The translations under genes were made by a program, and so were the position numbers. A stretch of 62,903 bases of DNA, filler included, from Basidiobolus ranarum (Eukaryota), in assembly GCA_040143965.1 (NCBI GenBank). It is 56 parts of 56 records of this genome, joined end to end, with 100 filler letters (N's around TTAATTAATTAA, not from the genome) between each part and the next. Parts side by side here need not be neighbours in the genome. Positions count along the whole stretch, not along the records: positions 50,687 to 51,707 come from JASJQH010006793.1; positions 51,808 to 52,828 come from JASJQH010006794.1; positions 52,929 to 53,948 come from JASJQH010006795.1; positions 54,049 to 55,068 come from JASJQH010006796.1; positions 55,169 to 56,188 come from JASJQH010006797.1; positions 56,289 to 57,308 come from JASJQH010006798.1; positions 57,409 to 58,428 come from JASJQH010006799.1; positions 58,529 to 59,547 come from JASJQH010006800.1; 48 more parts are not named here. One strand, 5' to 3'. Within the stretch, counting starts at the first letter, position 1; every line of letters begins with the position of its first letter. Positions 50,587-62,149 of the stretch are shown in pieces. Below the pieces are notes generated by a model. It saw nothing but the letters and a program-made list of their open reading frames with translations, ran no database searches and was not told the DNA's origin.

Positions 50587-51807
50587 NNNNNNNNNNNNNN
50601 NNNNNNNNNNNNNNNNNNNNNNNNNNNNNNTTAATTAATTAANNNNNNNNNNNNNNNNNNNNNNNNNNNNNNNNNNNNNNNNNNNNGTATTTCTCATACC
50701 CGTTGTTTCTAGACGCTGTTTGAAGCATTTTCCATTTATTTCTTGTCAGTAGTCTTTAGCTCTTTATAGGCTATCCTTTAGGTGTTTTCCAAATTCGTCA
50801 TTTCTTGGCACCATACCTTTCAGCATTAGTTAGTAGTGTTACGCACTTCGTAGACTTTACTTGAAGTATTATAATTACGCCTAACCCTTTCCCACATGTT
50901 GATATCGGAACTGATGTATTCAAACCTGAGTTCCTTGTCAACTTGTTTATGTACGGTCAAAGATCATGCTACTTCTTTTGAATTCTAACCTAACTAGAAA
51001 TACTATTTGATGATGCGGTTTTAATCAAGTTTGTAGCCAATCATGTGGGAAGTAACAAAGTCATATTTTAGACAAAGTACGGAAAGACCAAATCTTATCA
51101 CTGATTTGGCGCATTCATCACTTGCACCGATGTACAAATGAGTTCCAGATTAGCGTCATTAACAAAGCAAAATTCTGGGTTAATTACGGTTGGACTGATC
51201 GCACACACCGATTGCTCAACATCTACTACTCATTCCCAGGATACTTGTTAATACTGTGCTTGACAGGGTCCACTTTATAGGCCCATAATTTCTGGAATAA
51301 GTCTCGGCAATTGTATTGATTTGGAGATATCGCATTAGATTGAAGTTGAAGTTTGTTTACTCTTTCTTTGTTTGGATGAGATATTCATGAAGAGTTCAAC
51401 TGTTGATTTGAATAAAAGTTAAAATAGCTATGACAATCAATTAAGATGAAGTGCCAATAACTTTGTTTCGAACAAAGTTAAACCAGAACCAATAGGGCGA
51501 AAGAGGAATCGTTAAGTCTTTGGCACTTTGTAGTCTTTTTTTTGATGTTTCCCATACCCGTCGTTTCATAGCACCATACCATTTGTCATTTTTCAATAGT
51601 CTTTAGCACTTCGTAAACTCAACCTTAAACATTTTCCTTACCCATCGTTTACTGCTTGAAGTATTTCCCATACTCATTGTTTCTAATGTTTCCCATGCCC
51701 ATTGTTTNNNNNNNNNNNNNNNNNNNNNNNNNNNNNNNNNNNNNNNNNNNNTTAATTAATTAANNNNNNNNNNNNNNNNNNNNNNNNNNNNNNNNNNNNN
51801 NNNNNNN

Positions 51808-52103
51808 GGTGGTTTTCACTTATTGATTTATTGAGTAGAAAGTTGACATTTATAGTTTTGTCAAGATGTAAACAAACTAACGTGTAGAATATGTTAAGGA
51901 AGGTCCCAGGAACATGTGGGCAAAGTTTGGGGCTTCTAGCACAAGTTTGAAAAATCTATATATCTGGGAACTTCCAAGTTGGTAAAAATATTCTAAGTAA
52001 ATTCCAATTGAGAATAATTGATAATATCTTAGTGAATTATAAGATAACTAAGCACTAAGCTACATATGACTATACAGGTGTTTAGGCAATGCTAATTTCA
52101 ACA
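51808..52103 (-). repeat. Copia LTR-A fragment
   Basis: Matches 11580-11873. Confidence 0.85.
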
Positions 52104-52928
52104 ATAAGAAGGTCCCAGATGCATGTGTGAAAAGACTGAAAAACTTATATATCTTTAAGCTTCCAAATAAATCCCAACTGAGAATAGTAGTAATGTGTTA
52201 GTTATGTATGGAATGACTAAGTACCAAGTTTGTTTATTTCAACACTATATATATGACAAAACTAAAGTTATAAATATATTGAAATATCCATTTTCCACAC
52301 TTAGTAAGGCCAGAGCTTCAGTGTGTATAGGGTAGTTGGTGAATAAAGTCAAAGGAGTTGAATCAATGACATGTGAAATATTACCATTATTATTGGCTTC
52401 CACATGTTTCTTCTGTGGCACTTGTTTTAAATATTTTTTGTGACTCTGATGAAGTATAGTTACACATGGACCAAAAATTTAGCACAATATACAACTTGTC
52501 TTCATTTGCAGAAATGCCATGAGAGCAAGGCAGAAAGAAGACACTTTGGATACATTCTATCACTACATATTTTTCCAATTTAAACCAAACTAGTAAGAGC
52601 CTAGCAAGTTACAATAATTGGGAAAATATGGGCTGTTTGGAGGAACTTTAGAGAAGTGGAGTTGTGAATAGCTTTGTGAGATAATTGTTTATTGTCCAGA
52701 AATTAAACATTTATACCTTTTGGTGGAAATACAGAAAACTAACACTGGGGTTGTGTTCAGAACATCTGTGGGAGTAAAATGAGCTATCTTTGGGGCAATT
52801 TGGACAAGTTTGAAATTTCCAATATGGANNNNNNNNNNNNNNNNNNNNNNNNNNNNNNNNNNNNNNNNNNNNTTAATTAATTAANNNNNNNNNNNNNNNN
52901 NNNNNNNNNNNNNNNNNNNNNNNNNNNN

Positions 52929-53830
52929 GAAATTTGAGGATTGATATCATAGGAAAACCATCACAATTTTATTCCATTTGGGATTGATTTTTTTTTACTG
53001 TCATAAAATTGTCAAATTAGATTTGATTTTAATCATTTTTTTCAGTTTCAGGAGTGAAATTTCAAGATCTTGCAAAAGAGTGGTCCATGATTGGCTACAA
53101 TCTCAGAGAACTACAGATCAACACATGTGCAAAAAACATAACTCAAATTTTGCACCAATACCACTTGTACACTAATTTGTCACCTTCAAAATCCCTGGTC
53201 TCTTAGATATATTCTCCCAAATATTTTTATAGAGTTCTTCATACCCAAGGCTTAGCTCATACCCAACACAAGTGTGTATCAATATCTCCATCAAAGCCTA
53301 CCGTTGTAATAATATTGCTGAATCAACATTCTTCCAGCTATCTGGTGGATACCCTGCAATATTGTGCCACTCTTTATTAAGTTCTTCCCAGATATCTCCA
53401 CAGTCAACACCAGACTGAATGACAAGTTGAATGTTCTTCTTCTGAAGCAACTTTGTGCTACTTGCACTGCATTTTTCCCTTCATACTTTTGAAAATACTC
53501 CTCAAGCACTTTGACTATTTTTGTACATCCTTGTAGTGTGACACTACTGATGGTTCTTTGTGGTGTTTGTGCGGCTTTTTGCTTGCCTTTACCTTTGGGG
53601 CTAATTTCAACCCTTTGAAAAGTACCAGTTGAGGTTAGAGAGCTGTGAGTTTTATTTGCTGGTGTCTTGGCTTGTTGAGAGGTGCCAGGTGTTGGATAAA
53701 CTTCTAAATTTAGCAATCTTGCAAATGGTGTTCCTGGTTCCATTGTAAATTTAGCTTTTTTGCCTCTATATCTGACTCTGGAATTGCAGATCTTTGTAAT
53801 GCTACAAAGAATTTAATAAGTGGGACAGTA
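52929..53830 (-). mobile_element. CACTA left subterminal region contiguous with the ORF2 3' half
   Basis: Links the GAAATTTGAGGATTG left end to the ORF2 C-terminus. Confidence 0.85.
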
Positions 53831-54048
53831 GGCAACACAGACAGCTGTTTGTGAGCTCTGGAAGGAGCAATATTGATCAAAAATTGGGCCTGATACACTC
53901 AGATCTGTGTGGCCCAATGCAGACAAAATCCTTGGGCTGAAAAAGGAANNNNNNNNNNNNNNNNNNNNNNNNNNNNNNNNNNNNNNNNNNNNTTAATTAA
54001 TTAANNNNNNNNNNNNNNNNNNNNNNNNNNNNNNNNNNNNNNNNNNNN

Positions 54049-55068
54049 AAGTCATGTACTGTTTGTACACAATTGCAATCAATGAATCTGGTAAATATCA
54101 TTCATATTTGGCTTACATACCATTGATTCCCCATCTTAAAGTTTTGATGAATCCATCCAAATATAGATCATTCATCCAATACCAAAGTACTCACTGTAAA
54201 GCTAATGGTATTACCAATATACTTGATGCATATCACTACCAGAATCTGAAAAGTCGAGGTTTCTTTGAGAACACATATGATCATGCATTTGCATTGGCTC
54301 TGTATGGTTTCTCACTAAACAAATATACTGTTCAAAAGGCTTGCTGGCCAATAATTTTTATCAACTTAAATCTTCCTCCTTCTGAACAATATGAGAGTCA
54401 TAATAATTTGATACTATCAATCATATCTGAACCTAAATCACCAGTGCTTATAGATAGCTTCTTATAGCCTTTATTTGCAGAATTTTAATGGTTATCTAAA
54501 GGGGTTCAGATGGGTGAATATTCTATTAAAGTTCATATCATTTTATGTTTTGGTGACACTCCTGCCATCAGTAAACTTTTGAGGTTTTTGCAGGCACAAT
54601 GCACTATCTTGCTGTAGATTTTTTCAAATCAATGGAGTTTATGATAAGAGGCATACACATTACCACTGTCCAAATAGAATACTAAGTTTCATGATTTTAC
54701 CATCAAGAGCCCAGTCAGATATCAATATGATCACTGATATCAATTCACCAAAAGTCAGTCTAACATAAAACTTGGTATTAGCCATAAGCTTAATATTATA
54801 TTACTAAAGGGGATCAGCTGGAGACAGATCTTCCCATTAGGCACTATGCACTTACTATTCAACAACACTCCAATACTACTTACTCAGCTATATAGTGAAA
54901 AAGTTAATATGAATGAGCCATTTGACATAGGATCAAAGCTTGAATCAATTGGAAAAATGCTTGAAAATGTCAAGATACCATCATATTTTACCACGACTCT
55001 CATCAATATCCACTCGGGTAGCCACTTATTCAAATGCAAAGGCTGGCAGTATTGGATATATTTATATT
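54049..55068 (+). mobile_element. CACTA/EnSpm transposase core, decayed
   Basis: AYIPLIPHL, LALYGF (D1 position of DGF mutated), CWPIIFINLNLPP, PKSP..IDSFL, FGDTPAISK, MHLLFNN and FKCKGWQYW. Confidence 0.9.
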
Positions 55069-55168
55069 NNNNNNNNNNNNNNNNNNNNNNNNNNNNNNNN
55101 NNNNNNNNNNNNTTAATTAATTAANNNNNNNNNNNNNNNNNNNNNNNNNNNNNNNNNNNNNNNNNNNN

Positions 55169-56188
55169 ATGTCTGGAAAAGCAGATATAGAATTTGGTGG
55201 AGAAATAGAGAGTCAGGTAGAGGAACACTAGAGATGTGTTTACTGAGGCCGGACCATCAACTGAATTTAATTTCCCAGACCTCTGGACGGTATTCGCAGA
55301 AGTGATATTTAAATATTAGTTTAAACCTCTTTACGCTAAGATTTGCTCATAACTATTTTACACCATCTTTTGGAGTTATTAGCGTGATACGGTTGTGTAT
55401 ATTCAATTAGATTTTATAATAGAAAATAAATACTCTCTTTCTTATCTACACCTTAATTGTTCGCCCCAATGTTATTCACTCTGTTTACTTGGATTCTGTG
55501 GTTCTATTAATAAGAATGATTTATAGAATCGCTCGATTGGTTAAGCCACTGCAGCTCCCTCTGTCGAGACCATACTAATTAAGGCTAAGTCAGGGTGGAT
55601 TGCAATCATTTAATCTGGATAATAGATTAATCAACACGTGAAACAAGTATGATGTAAATAAGGGCTTAGGTGGCAAGAGCCGGTGGCGTAATAATTCAAG
55701 TGACCTTCATGTGTAGAGGTATCCAATGAGTTTTACGATATCGAAATAATTCCATTGAGGGATGTTATTCTTCTCAGATTATCTATCTTAACCAAAACAG
55801 AGATTTGCTGTGTACAGAACGGGTTACTGGCATTTGGTGAAGTAATGGTTATTTATTAAATATACATAAGTGACAAATCTAACGAAATTCATGAAAGACG
55901 TCTAAGGTGTCATCTAGTTGAACTGCTCCAAGAAATTAACAAACATTGATTTTAATATTACAGACAAAATAGTTACCATAATTGCTAGTTCTAAATAACT
56001 TTCCTATGAAACCAAATATTCTTAATTCTCTACGAAATATTGTTCCTTCTATTCTCTTATCATCTAGAAGTCTGCGAAATTAAATACAGTTGATGGCCCG
56101 GCCTCATTGAACACCTCCGTTCTATCCACATCCCCTCTCTCTGAATCTCTATTTCTCCATCCGAACCTATGCCTACTTCTCCAGGCAC
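55169..56188. repeat. Contig bounded by a ~125-135 bp diverged inverted repeat (55169-~55295 and ~56055-56188)
   Basis: The left arm TGAGGCCGGACCATCAACTGAATTTAATTTC and TGGAGAAATAGAGA recur in reverse complement at the right end. Confidence 0.85.
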
Positions 56189-56288
56189 NNNNNNNNNNNN
56201 NNNNNNNNNNNNNNNNNNNNNNNNNNNNNNNNTTAATTAATTAANNNNNNNNNNNNNNNNNNNNNNNNNNNNNNNNNNNNNNNNNNNN

Positions 56289-56436
56289 GATTCTCAATTG
56301 GAATTTACTCAGATTATTATACCTAATTAGATGTTCTCTGATATATATATCTTTCTAACTTGTGCTAGAAGCCCCTAACTTTGCACACATGTTCCTGGGA
56401 CTTTTCTTAACACACTCTGCATGTTGGTCTGTTAAC
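56289..56436 (+). repeat. Truncated Copia LTR-A
   Basis: Matches the LTR-A internal part and abuts the Fanzor relic. Confidence 0.8.
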
Positions 56437-56440
56437 TTAG

Positions 56441-56748
56441 GGTAGGGTTAGCTAACCCTTTAAACTTGTCAATTTCACCATTCGGGCCAGTAACACACAG
56501 ACTTGAAGTTTTAAACTCGTCAAGGAGGAATAGCTCTAAGCCTTCTTTGGCTAGCATTTTCTCATTCTGACACCTCTATTGCGCTCTTGAAACTTTACAT
56601 TTCCAGCAGACCAGTTACCAAGTATTAATATAGTATTATCCTCAAATCTCTCTCGAAGATTCTTGGCAAGCCGTTTTTCTGATTGTAGTTCGTGAATGAA
56701 ACTTGAGATCTTTATTTCTCTAAAAGATAATAAACTATATATGATCAT
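56441..56748 (-). pseudogene. Fanzor (TnpB-derived RNA-guided endonuclease) relic, RuvC-II to zinc-finger region
   Basis: FREIKISSFIHELQSEKRLAKNLRERFEDNTILILGNWSAGNVKFQERNRGVRMR, a 1-nt frameshift at ~56559, then MLAKEGLELFLLDEFKTSSLCVTGPNGEIDKFKGLANP. Confidence 0.85.
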
Positions 56749-56959
56749 TACATTGATTTATCGAATGTAATATGAGCCTTGGTTCGCAATACCACATTCA
56801 GCATATGATTATAAAAGCACATGGATTCATTAGTAAACTTTCTGACTCTCTAAACTTCAAAAATAATAATCATTTTAATAAATCACTTTTATTTCTATAT
56901 TTACATTCTAAGTTTACAAAGTTCTCTTTGGAAGTCATCTTACGAACAGTCAAATCATT

Positions 56960-57307
56960 TTAAACCTTATTTTTCTCTTCCAGGTTGCCACGTCCTCCAA
57001 ACATATGATCAATTTGTTCCAAACTCTTTCCTTTAGTCTCAGGTACAAAGAAGTACACAAAGATGAACATAAGGACACCACATGCTCCAAAGATCATATA
57101 CAGTCCCCAGCTAATAGAGTTGATCAAGGGTGGAACAACAAGAGCAATGATGAAGTTGAAGGCCCAGTTAGAAGCAGTGGTAATACTCATGCACTTGGCA
57201 CGGACACGAGTAGAGTAGATTTCTGATGGGTAAATCCAACCAATGGGTCCCCAGGTACAGGCGAAGAATGCAACAAACAAGTAGATCAAAGCCATCGTGG
57301 CATAGCC
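56960..57307 (-). CDS. MFS sugar porter, 3' part
   Basis: TWGPIGWIYPSEI...R.K...ASNWAFNF...VPETKGKSLEQID signature. Confidence 0.95.
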   Translation of the reverse strand, partial: GYATMALIYLFVAFFACTWGPIGWIYPSEIYSTRVRAKCMSITTASNWAFNFIIALVVPPLINSISWGLYMIFGACGVLMFIFVYFFVPETKGKSLEQIDHMFGGRGNLEEKNKV

Positions 57308-57479
57308 ANNNNNNNNNNNNNNNNNNNNNNNNNNNNNNNNNNNNNNNNNNNNTTAATTAATTAANNNNNNNNNNNNNNNNNNNNNNNNNNNNNNNNNNNN
57401 NNNNNNNNTATCATATATGTTGTCTCTATCTTTGAACACCTAACTATTTCATATATCAAATACAGGTTAATTCAGATTC

Positions 57480-58428
57480 CCTATCAATATGTATATCTTA
57501 ATCCTGGATCAAATGTCCTCTTTGAATATCTGAAAATCTGCTTAACTGCTGAATAATGCTCAGATCCTGGGTTTTGCACATGTTAGCTAACAACTCTCAC
57601 TGCAAAAGAGATATATGGCCAGGTTCTAGTCATAGCATATATCAAACCACCTACGACAGATTGATAAGCAAGCTCAGGGCTTGCAAATGGATATTTTGAG
57701 CATAAATTGGCCTATTTTCATCATTTTTGATGGGATTTTTGAATAGTTTCACACTTGGATCCACGGGAGTTACTACTGGCTTACAGTTCTCCATCCTGTG
57801 ACATCTGAGAACGTCTGAAATGTATTTAGATTGATTCAGTGTAATAGAATTACTCAATATATTTGTATGGATCTGCAGGCCTAAAAAATATATATGTTCA
57901 CCTAAATCAGTCATCTTGAATTGGACTGATAGATCTCTTTTGGTGTTACTGAGAGCTTCTTCATTATTGATAGCTGTAAGCAGTTCATCTACATATAAGG
58001 CAAGTATCACTAACTGTTCTTATCTGTCTTAAAGTAGATCCCAAAATCAGCTGTACTCTTTTGGAAATCATGCAATTCCAAGTATTTGTCTATCTTAGTG
58101 TACCAGGCCCTGGATAATTGGTCAAGTCCATAAAGTGATTTTTGTAGTTTACACACGTCCTCAGGGTGCTCAGGATCCACAAAACCATCTGGTTGATCCA
58201 TGTATATATCCTCATCCAAGTCACCATTCAAAAAAGCAGTATTAACATCCATTTGATGGATTTTTAAGCTGTGTCTTGCTGCTACTGCTAGTATGGTTCT
58301 GATGAAACTAAACTTAGCTACAGGAGCAAATGTTTCATTGTAGTCCACTCCTTCCATTTGAGAGTATCCTTTAGCCACAAGTCTAGCTTCATATCTTTTG
58401 ACAGATTCATTAGCTTACTGTTTAACAA
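57480..58428 (-). mobile_element. Copia reverse transcriptase fragment
   Basis: ETFAPVAK, QMDVNTAFLNG, LYVDE and MTDLGE. Confidence 0.94.
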
Positions 58429-58528
58429 NNNNNNNNNNNNNNNNNNNNNNNNNNNNNNNNNNNNNNNNNNNNTTAATTAATTAANNNNNNNNNNNNNNNN
58501 NNNNNNNNNNNNNNNNNNNNNNNNNNNN

Positions 58529-59011
58529 TAAGATTCAATTTAGATAAGTCAGGATGCACCATCACTGATCCAAATGGGAATTATTTAGCTTTGGGAGAAA
58601 AGGACCAGAACTTATACACACTCACATATAATCCAAGAGGTTTATGTATATATATCAGTTATTCTAATCAAGAAACTATTCACTAATGGCATAAGTGATT
58701 TGGCCATATTGGACTTGAATCTTGAAGCAAAATGAGCAAAAATTGACTAATTTCTGGAATTCAAATTAGCCCCCCAACCAAAATGGAAATCTGTGGGGGT
58801 TCATATATAGCAAACAAGCCAGGTAAGCATACAAGAGCTCTAGTCTAATAAAATCTGTTAAAAAATTAACTCTAATTCATTCAGATATGTGTGTATCTAT
58901 GCAAAGTGTATCTTTATATGGAAAAAGATATATAATCACTTTTATTGCTGTTTATACTAGATACACTTAGGTCTACATTAGGGAAATAAAAGAAGAAGCT
59001 CTCTCTATTGT
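58529..59011 (+). mobile_element. Copia GAG-pre-integrase and integrase fragment
   Basis: Homologous to 22700-23165. Confidence 0.85.
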
Positions 59012-59547
59012 CCCTAACAGGAATTTGAGGTTTGTAATAGTAGGAAAACCACCACAATTTTAATCCATTTCAGATTGACTGATAATTTATTGTCATAAAT
59101 TCTTCAAGTTAGATTTGATTTTGATCATTTTGTTCAGTTTCAGAAGTGAAATTTCCAGATCTTGCAAAATAGTTGTGCATGATTAGCTACAATCTCAGAG
59201 AACTATGGATCAACACATGTGCAAAAAACATAACTCAAATTTTACACATTTACCACTTGAACACTCCCTAACAACAATAATATTGATCAAATCTGGATTG
59301 AATCCACCCTTCTGAATTGCAAAACCATCAGAGAACCATCACAATATTGGTGGCTTGCATTCTGCCAGGGATTTTGATGGTGTGATGATGGCTTCTTGAT
59401 GGTATCATGACAGTATTCATATATGTTAAAATATTGATTCTCATATTTGGCATGTGTTATTTAATTTCCAACAATTTTTGCAAAAAACTAATTTTTGAAT
59501 GGCAAATTACTGGGTTTACTGCTGCACAAATTAGAATTAATATGCAT
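59012..59547 (+). mobile_element. CACTA left terminus (59012) with a right terminus (59266) nested in it
   Basis: CCCTAACAGGAATTTGAGG and CCCTAACAACAATAA, both reading inward on +. Confidence 0.8.
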
Positions 59548-59647
59548 NNNNNNNNNNNNNNNNNNNNNNNNNNNNNNNNNNNNNNNNNNNNTTAATTAAT
59601 TAANNNNNNNNNNNNNNNNNNNNNNNNNNNNNNNNNNNNNNNNNNNN

Positions 59648-60666
59648 CTGATCAAGATATCATAGTTACAGTCCTGAATAGCCTGCCACATGTGTCTCAG
59701 AGCCTAGTAATGGCTCTAGATTCAAGAACTGAAAATTTGACCTTAAGTTATGTATTTGGCAGACTTCTGGATGAAGATATAGGCAAATCAGTACTCAACC
59801 AAAAGAATGAGGAAAATGCTTTAATAGGCAATGGGAAACCTTCTTATAAGGGTCAAAAGCACTTTAAGAAGAAAAGTAACGCATTCTGCAATTACTGTAA
59901 AAGAACTGGCCATTTAAGCAAAGATTGCTTTAAAAGAACTGCAAAAGAAGAAAAACATTGTGAATCTGGAAATGTGGTTATAACAAAAGATCACTTGTTC
60001 ATTTTTGCTCTATCTATGACTACCAACAAGGATTCTCAGATGTGGTATACTGATTCAGGAGCTTCCCAACATTTCACAAATGAAAAACATTGGTTTCTGG
60101 AATGTGAAGAAATCCCAATTAGAAAGGTTTTCATGGGAGATGACTGCACATTGGATGCTATTGGAATGGTAACAATTCAAGTCAATTTCACTGGAGTTTC
60201 TGAAGAGAAAGTATATACTTTTAAGGATGTACTACATGTTCAAGATACTGCCAAGAATTTAATATCTGTATGAAAGGCCACCTCTGAAGGGCCAAAATTC
60301 AATTTTGATAAGTCAGGATGCACCATCACAAATCAAAATGGGAATTATTTAGCTTTGGGAGAAAAAGATCACAGCTCATATAAACTTACATATAATCCAA
60401 GAGATTTATGTGTAAATATAGGTTATTCCAATCTAGAAACTATTCAAATATGGCATAAGAGATTTGGCCATATTGGATTTGATTATTTGAGCAAATTCAT
60501 CAAAAATCACATAATTTTGGAATTCAAATTAACCCCCCAACCAAAATGGAAATTTGTGAGGATTGTATATATGAAAAACAAGGCAGGCAACTGTTCAAGA
60601 GCTCTGGTTTAATCAAATCTGTCAAAAAATGGGATCTAATTCATTCAGATATGTGTGGACCTATGC
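59648..60666 (+). mobile_element. Copia gag zinc knuckle, protease and GAG-pre-integrase
   Basis: CNYCKRTGHLSKDC, WYTDSGASQH and IWHKRFGH. Confidence 0.95.
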
Positions 60667-60888
60667 NNNNNNNNNNNNNNNNNNNNNNNNNNNNNNNNNN
60701 NNNNNNNNNNTTAATTAATTAANNNNNNNNNNNNNNNNNNNNNNNNNNNNNNNNNNNNNNNNNNNNATATCCACTCCAAAATTTGTGTCTTAGGCATGAC
60801 ATTTATAGGGTTAGTGAATGAGTTTGGCAATTTAATTTGATATACCAACAATGCCAATACTAGTTTTATTTATGATGTTGACAACCAA

Positions 60889-61785
60889 ATGTGGATATAT
60901 TCTCCTGATGAAGTGCAACATCTTAGCACACAACAGCTTTTAAGTCAAATTACCAATGAGATTGGGTTTACAGCAAATAATTTTTCAACACACAGTACTC
61001 CACTCAGATATTTAGCTGATTTGAAGATACAATTGAAGGATTATCAGAAAGTTGGAGTATTATGGCTTAAACAGACCAAAGAGCACTCTCATAATGTATT
61101 GTTAGCTGATGCAATGGGATTAGGAAAAACAATACAAGTGTTAAGTCTGATATTAGAAGCACTGGAATTGCATTGCAATTTAATTGTGGTTCCACATGGT
61201 TTAATCCTCAATTAGATGAAGGAGATTATGGAAAAAAACCAACATCCCTCAAGATGATATTCACTTATTTTATGGGCAATACCAAGCTATACAACCTGAA
61301 GATCTGGAAAAAAAGCGGACAGTTATCACCACTTATGGAACATTGAGTATTGAAGCTATTCATTGTAACTTGCCTCTTTGGCATATTAAGTTCCAGCATA
61401 TTGTAGCTGACAAAGCCAATGTTCCAAAGAACTCTGCTGGCTTGAGTTTTGATAGTATTATAAAACTTTACACTTGCAAAATGCTACTTATTACCGCTAC
61501 CCCATTTCAAAACGACTTTATGGATTTGTACTCATATTTCTGTTTATTGAAAGTTTACCAAGGAACCCAAAGAGACTTTAAACAAATAGTAATTGAGGAA
61601 AAGAATGCCAATAGACTGGTGGAATGGGTGACTCAAAATATTGGTCACCTTGTATTGCGGCGCGTGCCAGAATCGAGGCTTATGGGTGAGAAAATCATTG
61701 AAATACCCCTCATTAGGCAACATATTACAGTATGCCACTTTAATGATGAAGAGCGGGCTTTATGTAATCAACTGGCGTTGGATTT
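60889..61785 (+). pseudogene. SNF2-family helicase ATPase N-lobe, disrupted
   Basis: LKDYQKVGVLWL, LADAMGLGKTIQ, LIVVP...N* (TAG at a conserved Trp position), TTYGTL, IVADKAN (degenerate DEAH), ITATPFQN and LRR. Frameshift at ~61235. Confidence 0.88.
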
Positions 61786-61885
61786 NNNNNNNNNNNNNNN
61801 NNNNNNNNNNNNNNNNNNNNNNNNNNNNNTTAATTAATTAANNNNNNNNNNNNNNNNNNNNNNNNNNNNNNNNNNNNNNNNNNNN

Positions 61886-62145
61886 TAGATGTTGACCTTG
61901 GTTATTCCAGTACCAATGGTAATATATCAGAAGTTGAAGAAGAAGACAACTGTCTTATTACAGACTCTTTGTTATTAGCAAACATTAGTCCACTCATAGC
62001 ACTTACAGTAAAGGAAGCAGCTTTGACTATTGAGGAGTGGAGAGTTCAATCTAATCTTAGCAACCAGGTGTTTATTGGTTTTCTTACACTTTTACCACAG
62101 TTGCTTGGCTACTGTTGCTTGCCACAGACCTGGTAAAAGTGGAAA
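61886..62145 (+). mobile_element. CACTA transposase N-terminal fragment
   Basis: Homologous to 44712-44970. Confidence 0.8.
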
Positions 62146-62149
62146 ACAC

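Noticed and set aside
56437-56460. TTAGGGTAGGGTTAG as a telomere seed
   Set aside because: It is too short and mostly explained as the reverse strand of the Fanzor GLANP codons.
1033-61885. Regularly spaced TTAATTAATTAA as a CRISPR-like or biological repeat
   Set aside because: It is always centred in N-runs between size-sorted contigs, so it is an artificial six-frame-stop linker.
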